Positions 48,082 through 58,123 of a stretch of DNA of 64,000 bases are shown here, piece after piece. The stretch is from Candidatus Bathyarchaeota archaeon (GTDB lineage: Archaea > Thermoproteota > Bathyarchaeia > Bathyarchaeales > Bathycorpusculaceae). The translations under genes and the position numbers were made by a program. A model generated the notes under the pieces. The model was not told the origin of the DNA, made no database searches, and saw only the letters and a program-made list of their open reading frames with translations. The number at the start of each line of letters is the position of its first letter. The stretch's first letter is position 1. The stretch lies in NCBI GenBank assembly GCA_963815095.1, contig CAWFFH010000003.1, positions 640,001 through 704,000 on the forward strand. Reading direction: 5' to 3'.

Positions 48082-48148
48082 TTTCTAGCCTCAGTTTAAG
48101 AAACATAGTTCACAAAACAAATTAATAAATTGTATCAGCAAAGAAACT

Positions 48149-49447
48149 TTATTTTTCCACAATGTGGATTTCTCGGCCAATCATGTGGCGTTCATCCATT
48201 TCAATCAAGGAAGACGTGTTAATTAATCGTTCAAGTCCACCTGCGCTTTGCGAGAACACTTCTTTCGAAAATGTATAAACTCTCTTGAAACCTAAATCAT
48301 CAAGTTTCTGGGTGATTGGCATCGTTACTGCTTGCCCTGAACGCGCTTTAATATATGGTGTAACCACAACCAATCTTCCACTTGGTTTTAGCGTTCCATA
48401 GGCTTGTTCGACAAAACCGAAATACAGCGGTTCTAGTTTTTGAATTATCTTTTCTGCGTATGGAGTAGTTGGCACTTGTCTTAGGGCTGGACCTAAATCT
48501 GGCTCACAAACAATGCAGTCCACCGTTTCCTGCCCAATCTTCTCCACTAACTTGCCTACATCTCCCTGCAGAACCCGAAAATCCGCATTCTCCAATCCAT
48601 ACTCTCTTTCTAACCACTCAAGATTTTCGCTTGCAGCTTTTACACACCAAGGATTAACATCCAAGCCAACCGCATTTGCCTTTTCCAACAACGCTTCCTG
48701 AAGAATTGTTCCGACACCGCAGAATGGGTCAAGTAAAGTTTTTCCAGATGTGCATGAGGATAAGTTAACCATTATTCTTGCCAATCTTGGAGGCATGCCA
48801 AAGATTTTTCTTTGATTCGGTTTGTAGATGTCTCTTTTCTGAAATTCAAAAGGGTTGTGAACAGCAACTGTAGTTGCAACCCAGGTTTCAGTTCTGCCAA
48901 TGCAGAATAATACCTCGGCTTTATTTTCAACCAAATTCTTCTTCAACACTTCGACATGGCTTAGCTGTGCTTGTTTTCTATCTTTGCCAAACCCCATGAA
49001 CTTCGCTTTTTTGTCCAGGCCAGCCAGCTCTTCCTTGACGGCGCTTCCCACGAACCGTTGAATACCACCCGACGACGACCGCAGAGTACTTTCAGTGCAA
49101 TAAACGCTAACACCAAACAGAGCCTTCTCCGACAGTTTTGCCATCCCTTCAACTAAACGTCCCGAAGCCAAAGTCTCTATTATTTCCGATTTGGTTTGTT
49201 TGTTTTTCTTGAGGAAAGCTTCCTTGACGGTTTCAGTGGGAAACTTGGATTTTACTTCACCAATTTTTATGGTTCCACCCAAATCCGCGATCGCAGACGC
49301 ATCGAAGTTTTTCTCAAAGGATAGGACGAAGAATTCTCCAGAAAAGAATTGGATTTCAAACTTAATTTCTCTAGCTTTAAAATACTCGGTCAGCTCCGCT
49401 AATGAGAGCATCCAGTTTTTTCCTGAAATAAACAACTGTGTTGGCAT
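48149..49447 (-). CDS. Trm11/TrmG10-like RNA methyltransferase
   Basis: LSLAEL, LGGTIKIG, MPPRLARIMVNL, LDPFCGVGTILQE, EPDLGP. Confidence 0.85.
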   Translation of the reverse strand: MPTQLFISGKNWMLSLAELTEYFKAREIKFEIQFFSGEFFVLSFEKNFDASAIADLGGTIKIGEVKSKFPTETVKEAFLKKNKQTKSEIIETLASGRLVEGMAKLSEKALFGVSVYCTESTLRSSSGGIQRFVGSAVKEELAGLDKKAKFMGFGKDRKQAQLSHVEVLKKNLVENKAEVLFCIGRTETWVATTVAVHNPFEFQKRDIYKPNQRKIFGMPPRLARIMVNLSSCTSGKTLLDPFCGVGTILQEALLEKANAVGLDVNPWCVKAASENLEWLEREYGLENADFRVLQGDVGKLVEKIGQETVDCIVCEPDLGPALRQVPTTPYAEKIIQKLEPLYFGFVEQAYGTLKPSGRLVVVTPYIKARSGQAVTMPITQKLDDLGFKRVYTFSKEVFSQSAGGLERLINTSSLIEMDERHMIGREIHIVEK

Positions 49448-49614
49448 TCTGAAAAATCAAAAGTAAACTAACTATATAAGTAGATGACCGCCAATTGCTA
49501 AAATAGTGCATTGTAAGTAAATAACGCGAAGTTGGAAAAACCACGGAAGTATCATCGTAGATTTACAAATCGTTTAAATATTGCTGGAATGTGTAGGTTA
49601 AAAAGGGACGTCGT

Positions 49615-50172
49615 ATGCACGCAAAAAATTATAGGCACGTGAAAAATCGAGCCTACACACGAAAGAAGTACGCTAGAGGTTTTCCACCACCAAAAATCGT
49701 AAAGTTCACTATGGGCGATACTAAGGGAAGCTTTGCACTCGAAGGCAGACTTGTCGCTTTAGAGCGAGCTCAAATACGCCACAGTGCCTTAGAAGCAGCG
49801 CGTGTTGCTTGCAACCGTATCCTGATCGATAAAACCATAAACGACTATTTAATGGTCGTTAACCTGTATCCTCACATTATCCTCAGAGAAAACAAAATGA
49901 TCTTCGGCGCTCACGCTGACCGACTCCAACAGGGAATGAGACGTTCCTTCGGAACAGCAGTCGGCACTGCAGCCAAAGTAGAGGTAGACCAAACCATCAT
50001 AACCGTCAAAGTTAAAGCCGGTCAAGAAGTAACTGCTAAAGAAGCCCTTAAAAGAGGAAGCGCAAAACTTCCAATACCTTGCAAAATAGTTATCTCCAAA
50101 ATTGAAGCTTCTCCATCTATAGCCGAAACGGCAGAATCCGAAGCGCCAGAAGCGGAGACGGAGACGACTTGA
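49615..50172 (+). CDS. rpl10e: 50S ribosomal protein L10e (uL16)
   Basis: YTRKKY, QIRHSALEAAR, YPHIILRENK, ADRLQQGMRRSFG. Confidence 0.97.
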   Translation: MHAKNYRHVKNRAYTRKKYARGFPPPKIVKFTMGDTKGSFALEGRLVALERAQIRHSALEAARVACNRILIDKTINDYLMVVNLYPHIILRENKMIFGAHADRLQQGMRRSFGTAVGTAAKVEVDQTIITVKVKAGQEVTAKEALKRGSAKLPIPCKIVISKIEASPSIAETAESEAPEAETETT

Positions 50173-52595
50173 CCGTAAAAGAGAAAGAGCTCGTTTTATG
50201 GTTTGAAGATGTAAGAAATATTGATGTTTCTATTGTTGGCGGCAAAAACGCCAGCCTCGGCGAAATGATTTATTCGGGGCTTCCTGTTCCCCCTGGTTTT
50301 GCAGTAACTGCTTTTTCATATGAACGTTATATCCAAGAGAAAAAAATTGCAGAGCAAATTTACAAGCTTATTACTGAAACTGTAACAAACCCAAACGACC
50401 CTAAACAGTACGATACTGCCTCAAAGAAAATCCGTGAACTTATCGAAAAGACTGACATGCCGAAAGATATAGAGACCGCTATAAGAACAGCTTACAAGGA
50501 ACTAAATAAGCGCCTTGAACTCAAAGACACCTTTGTTGCGGTGCGGTCAAGCGCTACAGCCGAGGACTTGCCTGACGCATCGTTTGCGGGTCAACAGGAA
50601 ACTTATCTTAACGTGAAAGGATCAGACGACCTCATTGACAAAGTGAGGAAATGCTGGTCAAGTCTCTTTACTCCACGCGCAATCTTCTATCGCAACGAGA
50701 AAGGTTTTCCACACGAAAAAGTCTTCATAAGTGTCGGTGTACAAAAAATGGTTAACTCTGGATGCGCCGGAGTCATGTTCACCATAAATCCAGTAACTGG
50801 AAATCGTAATGAAATTGTTATAGAAGGCAACTACGGGTTAGGAGAAACCGTGGTTTCAGGTGCCGTTAATCCTGACGACTTTGTCATTGATAAAGCGACA
50901 ACTACAATTAAAGAACGAAGGATTTCTCGCAAGACAATCGAGTACATTCGTGACCCAAAGACAGGTAAAACGGTGCATTTAGACGTGCCAGATGAAAAGC
51001 AGAAAGTAACCTGTATAGAAGACCGGGAAATTTTAGCGCTGGCAGAACTTGCAAAACGAATAGAGAAACACTACAACAAGCCTATGGATATTGAATGGGC
51101 AATTGACCAAGATCTCTCTTATCCACAGAACATGTTTATCGTTCAAGCTCGACCAGAAACAGTTTTTGGTACAAAAGAGATGGAAGGCCCTAAAATGGAA
51201 GATACAAAAGCTCAAGAACAGCTAAAAGTCGTAGTTAGAGGAATCTCCGCTGGGCGAAGAGGCTATGGCGTAGGAAAAGCAACAGTTGTACTAAACCCCG
51301 ACGATGCAAACCGCGACATGAAAAAAGGCGACATCCTCGTTACAGGCATGACTGACCCCGATTTTGTGCCTTTCATGAAAATGGCAAGCGCAATTGTAAC
51401 AGATAAAGGCGGAATCACATCCCACGCAGCCATCGTAAGTCGAGAACTTAACATTCCATGTGTCGTAGGCACCGAAACTGCAACCCAAGTCATGAAAACA
51501 GGGCAAGAATACACGGTGGATTCAAGAAATGGCGTTATCTATGAAGGCGTAATAGCTCAGGCAGTTCAACCAGCAGCAACAAACGGCGGCGCAGTCATGC
51601 AAGTTGCCGAAGCAGCTCCAATTACAGCAACAAAGATTTACATGAACCTCGGAACTCCCGAGATGATTGAACAATACAAGAACTTGCCGTTTGAAGGCAT
51701 AGGTCTGATGCGTACCGAATTCATCTTAGCCAGCGCAATCGGCAAACACCCAATGGCATTTGTTGATGAAGGCAAAAGTCAAGAGTTCGTTGACAAACTT
51801 GCAGAAGGCGTGGCCACTGTTGCACGGGCGATCCAGCCTAAACCAGTCGTGGTACGACTAAGTGACTTCAAAACTAACGAGTACCGCGGATTGAAAGGCG
51901 GTGACAAATACGAAATCATTGAAGAAAACCCAATGTTGGGTTGGAGAGGATGCAGCCGCTACATAAGCAAATGGTACGATAAAGCATTCCGCTTGGAATG
52001 TCAAGCCATAGTAAAATGCCGCAAGGAATGGGCTCTCAAAAACGTCTACGTCATGCTGCCCATGGTCCGCACGCTTTGGGAAGCAAAAGCTGTTCTTCAA
52101 ATCATGAAAGAAGAAGGCTTAGAACGCAGCAAAGATTTCAAGGTTTGGTTCATGGCTGAGACTCCAGCAATCGGAATAATGGCTGATGAATTCAGCAAAC
52201 TTGTCGACGGCTTCAGTATAGGCTCTAACGATATGACTCAAGGAGTGCTGATGATAGACCGCGACTCTGAACGGTTAGGACAAATGGGCTACTTTGATGA
52301 ACGTGATCCAGCAGTGAAACGAATCATAGCCCACCTCATAAAAGCCGCGCATGAAAACGGCTGTACAGTAAGCATCTGTGGTGAAGGGCCATCTAACTTG
52401 CCTGACTTCGCAGAGTTCCTCGTCAGAGTCGGCATCGACAGCATATCAGTAAACAACGACGCCGTAGTCACAACAAGGAAAAACGTTGCCCAAGTGGAAC
52501 AAAAAATAATTCTCGAACGCCTCGCAGAACAAGCTGCATTAGCTCGTGGTCAACCACTCAAAAAACCGACGCAAGACTGGGAATGGCAACTCTAA
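50169..52595 (+). CDS. ppsA: Phosphoenolpyruvate synthase
   Basis: VGGKNASLGEM, RSSATAED, SFAGQQET, GGITSHAAIVSRE, ENPMLGWRG, SIGSND. Confidence 0.97.
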   Translation: MTVKEKELVLWFEDVRNIDVSIVGGKNASLGEMIYSGLPVPPGFAVTAFSYERYIQEKKIAEQIYKLITETVTNPNDPKQYDTASKKIRELIEKTDMPKDIETAIRTAYKELNKRLELKDTFVAVRSSATAEDLPDASFAGQQETYLNVKGSDDLIDKVRKCWSSLFTPRAIFYRNEKGFPHEKVFISVGVQKMVNSGCAGVMFTINPVTGNRNEIVIEGNYGLGETVVSGAVNPDDFVIDKATTTIKERRISRKTIEYIRDPKTGKTVHLDVPDEKQKVTCIEDREILALAELAKRIEKHYNKPMDIEWAIDQDLSYPQNMFIVQARPETVFGTKEMEGPKMEDTKAQEQLKVVVRGISAGRRGYGVGKATVVLNPDDANRDMKKGDILVTGMTDPDFVPFMKMASAIVTDKGGITSHAAIVSRELNIPCVVGTETATQVMKTGQEYTVDSRNGVIYEGVIAQAVQPAATNGGAVMQVAEAAPITATKIYMNLGTPEMIEQYKNLPFEGIGLMRTEFILASAIGKHPMAFVDEGKSQEFVDKLAEGVATVARAIQPKPVVVRLSDFKTNEYRGLKGGDKYEIIEENPMLGWRGCSRYISKWYDKAFRLECQAIVKCRKEWALKNVYVMLPMVRTLWEAKAVLQIMKEEGLERSKDFKVWFMAETPAIGIMADEFSKLVDGFSIGSNDMTQGVLMIDRDSERLGQMGYFDERDPAVKRIIAHLIKAAHENGCTVSICGEGPSNLPDFAEFLVRVGIDSISVNNDAVVTTRKNVAQVEQKIILERLAEQAALARGQPLKKPTQDWEWQL

Positions 52596-52669
52596 GCCAA
52601 CGCGCGCAACCGTGCAATCTTTATTTTAATTTCTTTTTCTTCTTTTAATCTCAAACGTGAGGACAGAAA

Positions 52670-53671
52670 ATGTTGGGCTTTGATTTTGAAGAAGAACGCA
52701 TAAAACAGGAAATCACCAAACTCGAGGCCAAACGTGTTTTATTGCAGATGCCTGAAGGCCTTAAACCTGAAGCTCCAAAATTAGCCAAACTCATCGAGAA
52801 GTGTGGTGCACTTGCTATTATTTCAGCTGACCCTTGCTACGGAGCATGCGATATCGCGGTAGATGAGGCTGAAGAGTTGGGCGCGGATTTGATTGTACAT
52901 TTTGGCCATGCAAAAATGGTTAAACATGAGTCGATTCCAACGATTTACGTAGAAGCTAGGGCAACCGTTAATGTCGATGAGGCGGTTGGAAAATCACTTT
53001 CACTCCTGAAGGATTACACAACTGTTGGATTAGTAACATCTGTTCAGCATCTTCAAGCTCTTAATCAAGCAAGGGAAATCCTAACTCTCGCGGGAAAAAA
53101 TGTTATAATTGGCGACACGGGGCAAATTGCATATCCCGGGCAAGTCAGTGGATGTAACTATAGCAACGCTAAATCCATTGCCCATGAAGTTGAAGCTTAT
53201 CTTTTTGTGGGCGGCGGAATGTTCCACGCGTTGGGCATAGCACTGGGCACTTCTAAGCCAACCATCGTAGCTGACCCATACGACAACCGAGCATATTCCA
53301 TTAATGCGGAAGCACAAAAGATTCTAAAGCAACGCTTCGCTAGCATCCGTGAAGCTAAGAATGCAAAAAAGTTTGGGATTTTTGTTGGTTTAAAGCCCGG
53401 TCAGAAACATATGGACAGTTCGCTTCACATGAAGGCATTGGCTGAGAAAAATGGCAAAACCGCTTACCTGTTAGCGGCCAGAGAAATTACTCCTGAAACC
53501 CTTTTAGAATTTCCCTCCATTGACGCCTATGTGAACACGGCTTGCCCAAGGGTTTCTCTTGAAGCAACGGGAAAGTTTGTGAAGCCTGTTTTGACGGTTA
53601 ACGAGTTTATGGTTGTTTGCGGCGAATTATCATGGGAGAACATGCTCAAAAAAGGCTTATTCGAAAATTAG
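52670..53671 (+). CDS. dph2: Diphthamide biosynthesis enzyme Dph2
   Basis: QMPEGLK, CYGACD, HFGH, GQVSGC, FHALG, TACPR. Confidence 0.95.
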   Translation: MLGFDFEEERIKQEITKLEAKRVLLQMPEGLKPEAPKLAKLIEKCGALAIISADPCYGACDIAVDEAEELGADLIVHFGHAKMVKHESIPTIYVEARATVNVDEAVGKSLSLLKDYTTVGLVTSVQHLQALNQAREILTLAGKNVIIGDTGQIAYPGQVSGCNYSNAKSIAHEVEAYLFVGGGMFHALGIALGTSKPTIVADPYDNRAYSINAEAQKILKQRFASIREAKNAKKFGIFVGLKPGQKHMDSSLHMKALAEKNGKTAYLLAAREITPETLLEFPSIDAYVNTACPRVSLEATGKFVKPVLTVNEFMVVCGELSWENMLKKGLFEN

Positions 53672-54330
53672 ACTTGGAGCGTTTCCTTTCCACAGTTGTT
53701 GCCCAACCTGATCCCAACGTTCACTTGGAACAATATACGAGTTCGGAACAGCTTGCTGCAAACATGCTATACATAGCTGCTTATGTTAATGAAGACATTG
53801 TTGGAAGATCAGTGCTTGATTTAGGCTGTGGCACAGGGAGACTTTCGTTAGGTGCATCATACCTTGGCGCCCGGGATGTTGTAGGCGTTGACATTGATAG
53901 GTCAGCTATTAAAACGGCTTCTGAAAACTCAAAGAAAGCAGGCGTTAGTAATGTCCAATGGGTTCTTGCTGACATTAGTGCAGTTGTTGGAAAGTTCGAT
54001 ACTGTTTTGCAGAATCCGCCTTTTGGAGTGCAGAAACGTGAGGCAGACCGTGCTTTCTTGGTTAAAGCCCTGGAGGTCGCCAGCGCAGTTTATTCACTCC
54101 ATAATCATCCCGAAGTTGACACACGGTTGATAAAACAGTTAAAAGCAAGTCAAGGTTTCCTGCAGGTTCCTCCATCTCCATTTATCGAAAGATTCGTTAC
54201 ACAACATGGCGGAATTGTTATAGCAGTTTATGCTATGCTTATGACGATTCCCCGTATGTTTGATTTTCACACAAAACTAAAGCATGACTTCGTCATTGAC
54301 TTATATGTTATCAAAAAGAATGCGCTCTAA
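53632..54330 (+). CDS. METTL5-family rRNA m6A methyltransferase
   Basis: LEQY, DLGCGTG, NPPFG, FDFH. Confidence 0.9.
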   Translation: MGEHAQKRLIRKLDLERFLSTVVAQPDPNVHLEQYTSSEQLAANMLYIAAYVNEDIVGRSVLDLGCGTGRLSLGASYLGARDVVGVDIDRSAIKTASENSKKAGVSNVQWVLADISAVVGKFDTVLQNPPFGVQKREADRAFLVKALEVASAVYSLHNHPEVDTRLIKQLKASQGFLQVPPSPFIERFVTQHGGIVIAVYAMLMTIPRMFDFHTKLKHDFVIDLYVIKKNAL

Positions 54331-54450
54331 TTCTTTGCCACCATAAAAAATTGATTTTTGTTTATTAATCAAAAGGTTTATTGAGCAGATTGGAAACTAA
54401 GCATATGCATTTATCAAAATCAAACTTATTTACAAGTAAAGTGAACCATC

Positions 54451-55032
54451 ATGAGCTTAAAATCTCCAGAACAAAAAAGTGGTCATTTAGTATTGCCTGG
54501 CGAACGCTTAGGCGTTATTGAAGAATTTATTCCCGACTCGGGAACTTATGTTAAAGACGGCGTTATCTTTTCAAAGATTGTTGGTCGTTCACTTATGGAC
54601 TTACAAACTAGGCGGGTGTCTGTTTATCCGGTAGTTGAAAGGGTAGTGGTGCCAAAAGTTTCAACTATAGTCATTGGGCAAGTTGGCAATGCTCAATCTG
54701 ACAACGTTTTAGTGAAGATATTTAGGATTGGACACAAGAAGCTCTCTGGGAACTTTGGCGGCATTTTACATGTCTCAGACGTCTCGGACAGGTATGTTGA
54801 TCAAATTAGCGACGTGTGTAAGCCGGGAGACATCATTCGTGCAAAAGTCATCAGCGACAAGAATCAAGCTTTCCACTTAACAATGAACGACAAAGGCTTA
54901 GGTGTCGTTTACGGTTTTTGTTCAAGATGCGGAACCCTGCTAGAGCAGAATGGGTACGACCTTAAATGTCCAAAAGACGGTAACGTAGAAACACGTAAAA
55001 TAGCTCCAGATTACGGCAAAGAACAACTCTAA
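54451..55032 (+). CDS. csl4: Exosome subunit Csl4
   Basis: VLPGERLG..EEF, GDIIRAKV, LGVVYGFCSRCG, ETRK. Confidence 0.95.
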   Translation: MSLKSPEQKSGHLVLPGERLGVIEEFIPDSGTYVKDGVIFSKIVGRSLMDLQTRRVSVYPVVERVVVPKVSTIVIGQVGNAQSDNVLVKIFRIGHKKLSGNFGGILHVSDVSDRYVDQISDVCKPGDIIRAKVISDKNQAFHLTMNDKGLGVVYGFCSRCGTLLEQNGYDLKCPKDGNVETRKIAPDYGKEQL

Positions 55033-55046
55033 AAGGCGAAAAAAGC

Positions 55047-55328
55047 ATGAAAGTTAAAGTGTTAAAGAAATCAGAAAACGAGCTAAAGATAGAAATCGAA
55101 GGTTCAAGCCATGGTCTCTGTAACTTGTTAGCAAAGAGGCTTTTAGAAGACAAACGAGTAGAGTTTGCAGGCTACGACGTGCCACATCCTTTAGCTTCAA
55201 GCCCAATCATTTACCTTAGAATGAAAGGTGCCAACAAGCCAGAAGACGCGTTAATTGAAGCTACATCGAAAGTTCGGGAAGCAAACAATGCGTTCAGCAA
55301 AGAACTTGAGCGCGTCCTCAAAGTTTAA
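55047..55328 (+). CDS. rpo11: RNA polymerase subunit L (Rpo11)
   Basis: EG.SHGLCNLL, FAGYDVPHPL. Confidence 0.95.
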   Translation: MKVKVLKKSENELKIEIEGSSHGLCNLLAKRLLEDKRVEFAGYDVPHPLASSPIIYLRMKGANKPEDALIEATSKVREANNAFSKELERVLKV

Positions 55329-55412
55329 TCCATATTTTTTCAGTTTTTATTTTTTTATATCGGATTTAATGGGCATTATAGTCGATTGACTTCTAAAGGT
55401 TAAGGGAAAAAC

Positions 55413-55994
55413 GTGAACGCCCAAACCGACTTTCATGTCATAAAACCAGAAATTCGAGTGCTCGGAATAGATGACGGAAAATTTATCCCTCAAACTAAGG
55501 GCAGAGTGATTGTTGTAGGTGTTGTTTTTCGAGGCGGCTATTCCATAGATGGCGTTATGCATACAACTGTTGAAATTGACGGATTAGACGCGACTGAACA
55601 ATTGGCATCAATGATTAATAGTTCACCTCATCGCGGGCAGTTGCGTTTGATAATGTTGAATGGAATTACTTTTGCAGGTTTCAATTTGGTGGATTTGAAA
55701 AAATTGAATTTGGCAATTGGGCTTCCTGTGATTGCTTTAACTCATGATAAGCCAGATTTGGATGCAATTAATTTAGCGCTTAAAAATTTGCCTAATTGTG
55801 AAGAGCGGTGGCGGATAGTTCTTGAAGCTGGAAAAATCCATGAGGTCATCAATAAAAGCACCAAAATCTACGTTGAGATAGCAGGAATTTCGCTTGCCGA
55901 TGCAAAAAAAATCATCAAGTTAACTTCTAATAGGAGTAGTTTGCCTGAACCGCTGCGTGTTGCTCATCTTATCGCTTCTGGAATCACGCCTTAA
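55413..55994 (+). CDS. DUF99 endonuclease V-like protein
   Basis: RVLGIDDG, DGLDAT, GITFAGFN, PEPLRVAHLIA. Confidence 0.92.
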   Translation: MNAQTDFHVIKPEIRVLGIDDGKFIPQTKGRVIVVGVVFRGGYSIDGVMHTTVEIDGLDATEQLASMINSSPHRGQLRLIMLNGITFAGFNLVDLKKLNLAIGLPVIALTHDKPDLDAINLALKNLPNCEERWRIVLEAGKIHEVINKSTKIYVEIAGISLADAKKIIKLTSNRSSLPEPLRVAHLIASGITP

Positions 55995-56068
55995 CTTAGG
56001 TTAAATTAGAAAAAGTTTAAAAGGTAGAAAGCTAAGGGAATCCCAAAACGGATGTGGATTGAGGTAAT

Positions 56069-56425
56069 ATGGAATTCTGCCCAAAATGCGGTTCACGTCT
56101 TGAACCAAAGAAATCTAAGAGTGGTAAAGAAGCAACTTTGGTTCTTGCCTGCCAAAAATGCGGTTACAAGAAGCCAGAAGCTGACAAAAACGTCGAAACC
56201 AAAGTGGCGCCTAAAGTTATTCAGCATTCGCCCCAACAATTAGTGGCTGTTATCGGTAAAGAGGAGCAGAAGTTGAATACGTTGCCGACAGCTCGTATTG
56301 AATGTCCAAGGTGTGGGAACAATACAGCTTATGTTTGGCAAGTTCAGACACGTGGAGCAGATGAATCTTCTACTCAATTTATGCGTTGCACTAAATGCAG
56401 TTATACGTTTAGAGAATACAGCTAA
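56069..56425 (+). CDS. tfs: Transcription factor S (TFS)
   Basis: FCPKCG N-terminal ribbon; CPRC...QTRGADE...CTKC. Confidence 0.96.
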   Translation: MEFCPKCGSRLEPKKSKSGKEATLVLACQKCGYKKPEADKNVETKVAPKVIQHSPQQLVAVIGKEEQKLNTLPTARIECPRCGNNTAYVWQVQTRGADESSTQFMRCTKCSYTFREYS

Positions 56426-56517
56426 ACTTTTCTTTTATTTTTGCTCTTATCCCAAAATCAACGTTTTGATGTGGATAGGGGTATTCTTTTTTAAATCGAG
56501 GTCACATTTTTACAGTT

Positions 56518-57579
56518 GTGAACGGTATGAACCACAACTTAACTCTGCCAAAAAACAAAGATAACCTCTTTAAGGTTCTGCCGCTCATCGCATTCGCTGT
56601 TCCTTTAGCCATACTTTTTCTTCTTAACCCGTTGGATCCATACCTTAAGGTTTCAACGCAGGACTCTTTCCAGCTAATGTGGAAAGGCAGAACTTTCCAG
56701 TTATTCTTCATTTGGTTAGTAGCTTTAGAGTTTATCTTAAGTTGGGAAACCATCAAATTAAAAATAAGCAGACAAAATAAACCAAGAGCCCTCGCCTTTG
56801 GCTTGGTAATGCTGTTGCCTACACTGTACATATTTTTTGAGTATTATTTTGGGTTAAACATTGCCATAGCAAATTGGGCAACGAAAAGCGGAGTCGCCTT
56901 TTCTGATTCTATGCCGCTTTCAATCGAGTACCTTGTCTTTTCACTTCTCTTCTTCGGGACCATTTTCCTATCTTTTGGAAAGAAGGGGTTGACGGGTTTT
57001 GCTTTGCCCGCCTTGTTTGTGAGTTTAGTCGGGGTTCTCTATACCATCGATAACGTGTTTCCTTACGGGCAATTTACGCCCTTTCAAATTCTGGTTCCAA
57101 CGACTGCATATCTAGCTGCTGGTGTTTTGGGCTTAATAGGGTATGCGGCTGTGCCTGGAACTGATGTCGCGTCGGGAATGCCCATGCTTCATGTGACGGG
57201 TCCATTGGGAACTGCACAGTTTACGATAGCGTGGCCTTGCGCCGGTATTGAAAGCTTGCTTATCTTCACGGCAGTGGCTTTGCTGTTTTTGAAGCGAATG
57301 AATATTTCGTGGAAAGCCAAAATAGGCTACTTCGCCTTTGGAGCAGCAATTACATACTTCATAAATGTCCTGAGAATAGCAACTATCTTTATCATAGGTA
57401 CGCAGTATGGAGTGGACTCAAGCCAAGTTCAATCATTCCACTTTTACTATGGACCCCTGTATGCGATGGCGTGGATTATCTCTTACCCACTAATTATTCT
57501 CGTCAGTCAAAGTTTATGGGGAAAAATCCAAAACGGAAAAATCAGGAAACCTCAACCAATACAGCTAAACCCTGCTTAA
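56518..57579 (+). CDS. Exosortase/archaeosortase-family protein (thaumarchaeosortase-like)
   Basis: Multi-TM; WKGR; IAWPCAGIESL (Cys), NVLRI (Arg), FHFYYG (His). Confidence 0.88.
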   Translation: MNGMNHNLTLPKNKDNLFKVLPLIAFAVPLAILFLLNPLDPYLKVSTQDSFQLMWKGRTFQLFFIWLVALEFILSWETIKLKISRQNKPRALAFGLVMLLPTLYIFFEYYFGLNIAIANWATKSGVAFSDSMPLSIEYLVFSLLFFGTIFLSFGKKGLTGFALPALFVSLVGVLYTIDNVFPYGQFTPFQILVPTTAYLAAGVLGLIGYAAVPGTDVASGMPMLHVTGPLGTAQFTIAWPCAGIESLLIFTAVALLFLKRMNISWKAKIGYFAFGAAITYFINVLRIATIFIIGTQYGVDSSQVQSFHFYYGPLYAMAWIISYPLIILVSQSLWGKIQNGKIRKPQPIQLNPA

Positions 57580-58123
57580 CCAAAATCTGTGCGTTCTGAG
57601 GCGGCAACGAAGCCACATCATCCGCCACAAATGGACCATACGATTTCATATCTGCGCCCATGATAGCTGGAATCCCTTTTATGAAACGAATCGTTGATCG
57701 TTTATGAGTTGGGGCTACCTCGGATTTAATTTCAACTTTAGCTGCAACTCTGACTGATTCGGCTATTTGGCCTTGCATGAGATTTTCCGAAAACTTTTGA
57801 TAAGTTTTCGTAAACTCGGCAAAGCTTTCGCACATTCTGGCTTCTTCAATCGTAAGCAATTCAGTCGGCAGCTTTTGGCTCTTGGTAACCGTTTTGATGA
57901 TTTTTCTGTACCTTGCCCCAAGCAGTTCCTTAAGCATCCGCTCAACATTAACCGATTCATGAAAAAGCAAATTCATCTTAACCGATTTTTTATCGAGTAC
58001 CTTGTCTTCTTCTTTAATGCGTCGCAGGTACTCTGCTATTTTAGCATAGAAGTCTAGCGGCAAACCTCCAAGCGTAGGGTCATCAATTTCTCTTTGCCAC
58101 GCCGCGTAAAGTTCATTGTACAC
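57542..58123 (-). CDS. gins15: GINS15 subunit
   Basis: LPLDFY, R.RKI, LTIEE, C-terminal IPAIMGADMKSYGPF...LP..NA..LVKQG B domain; downstream of priS. Confidence 0.9.
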   Translation of the reverse strand: MYNELYAAWQREIDDPTLGGLPLDFYAKIAEYLRRIKEEDKVLDKKSVKMNLLFHESVNVERMLKELLGARYRKIIKTVTKSQKLPTELLTIEEARMCESFAEFTKTYQKFSENLMQGQIAESVRVAAKVEIKSEVAPTHKRSTIRFIKGIPAIMGADMKSYGPFVADDVASLPPQNAQILVKQGLAVLVEVS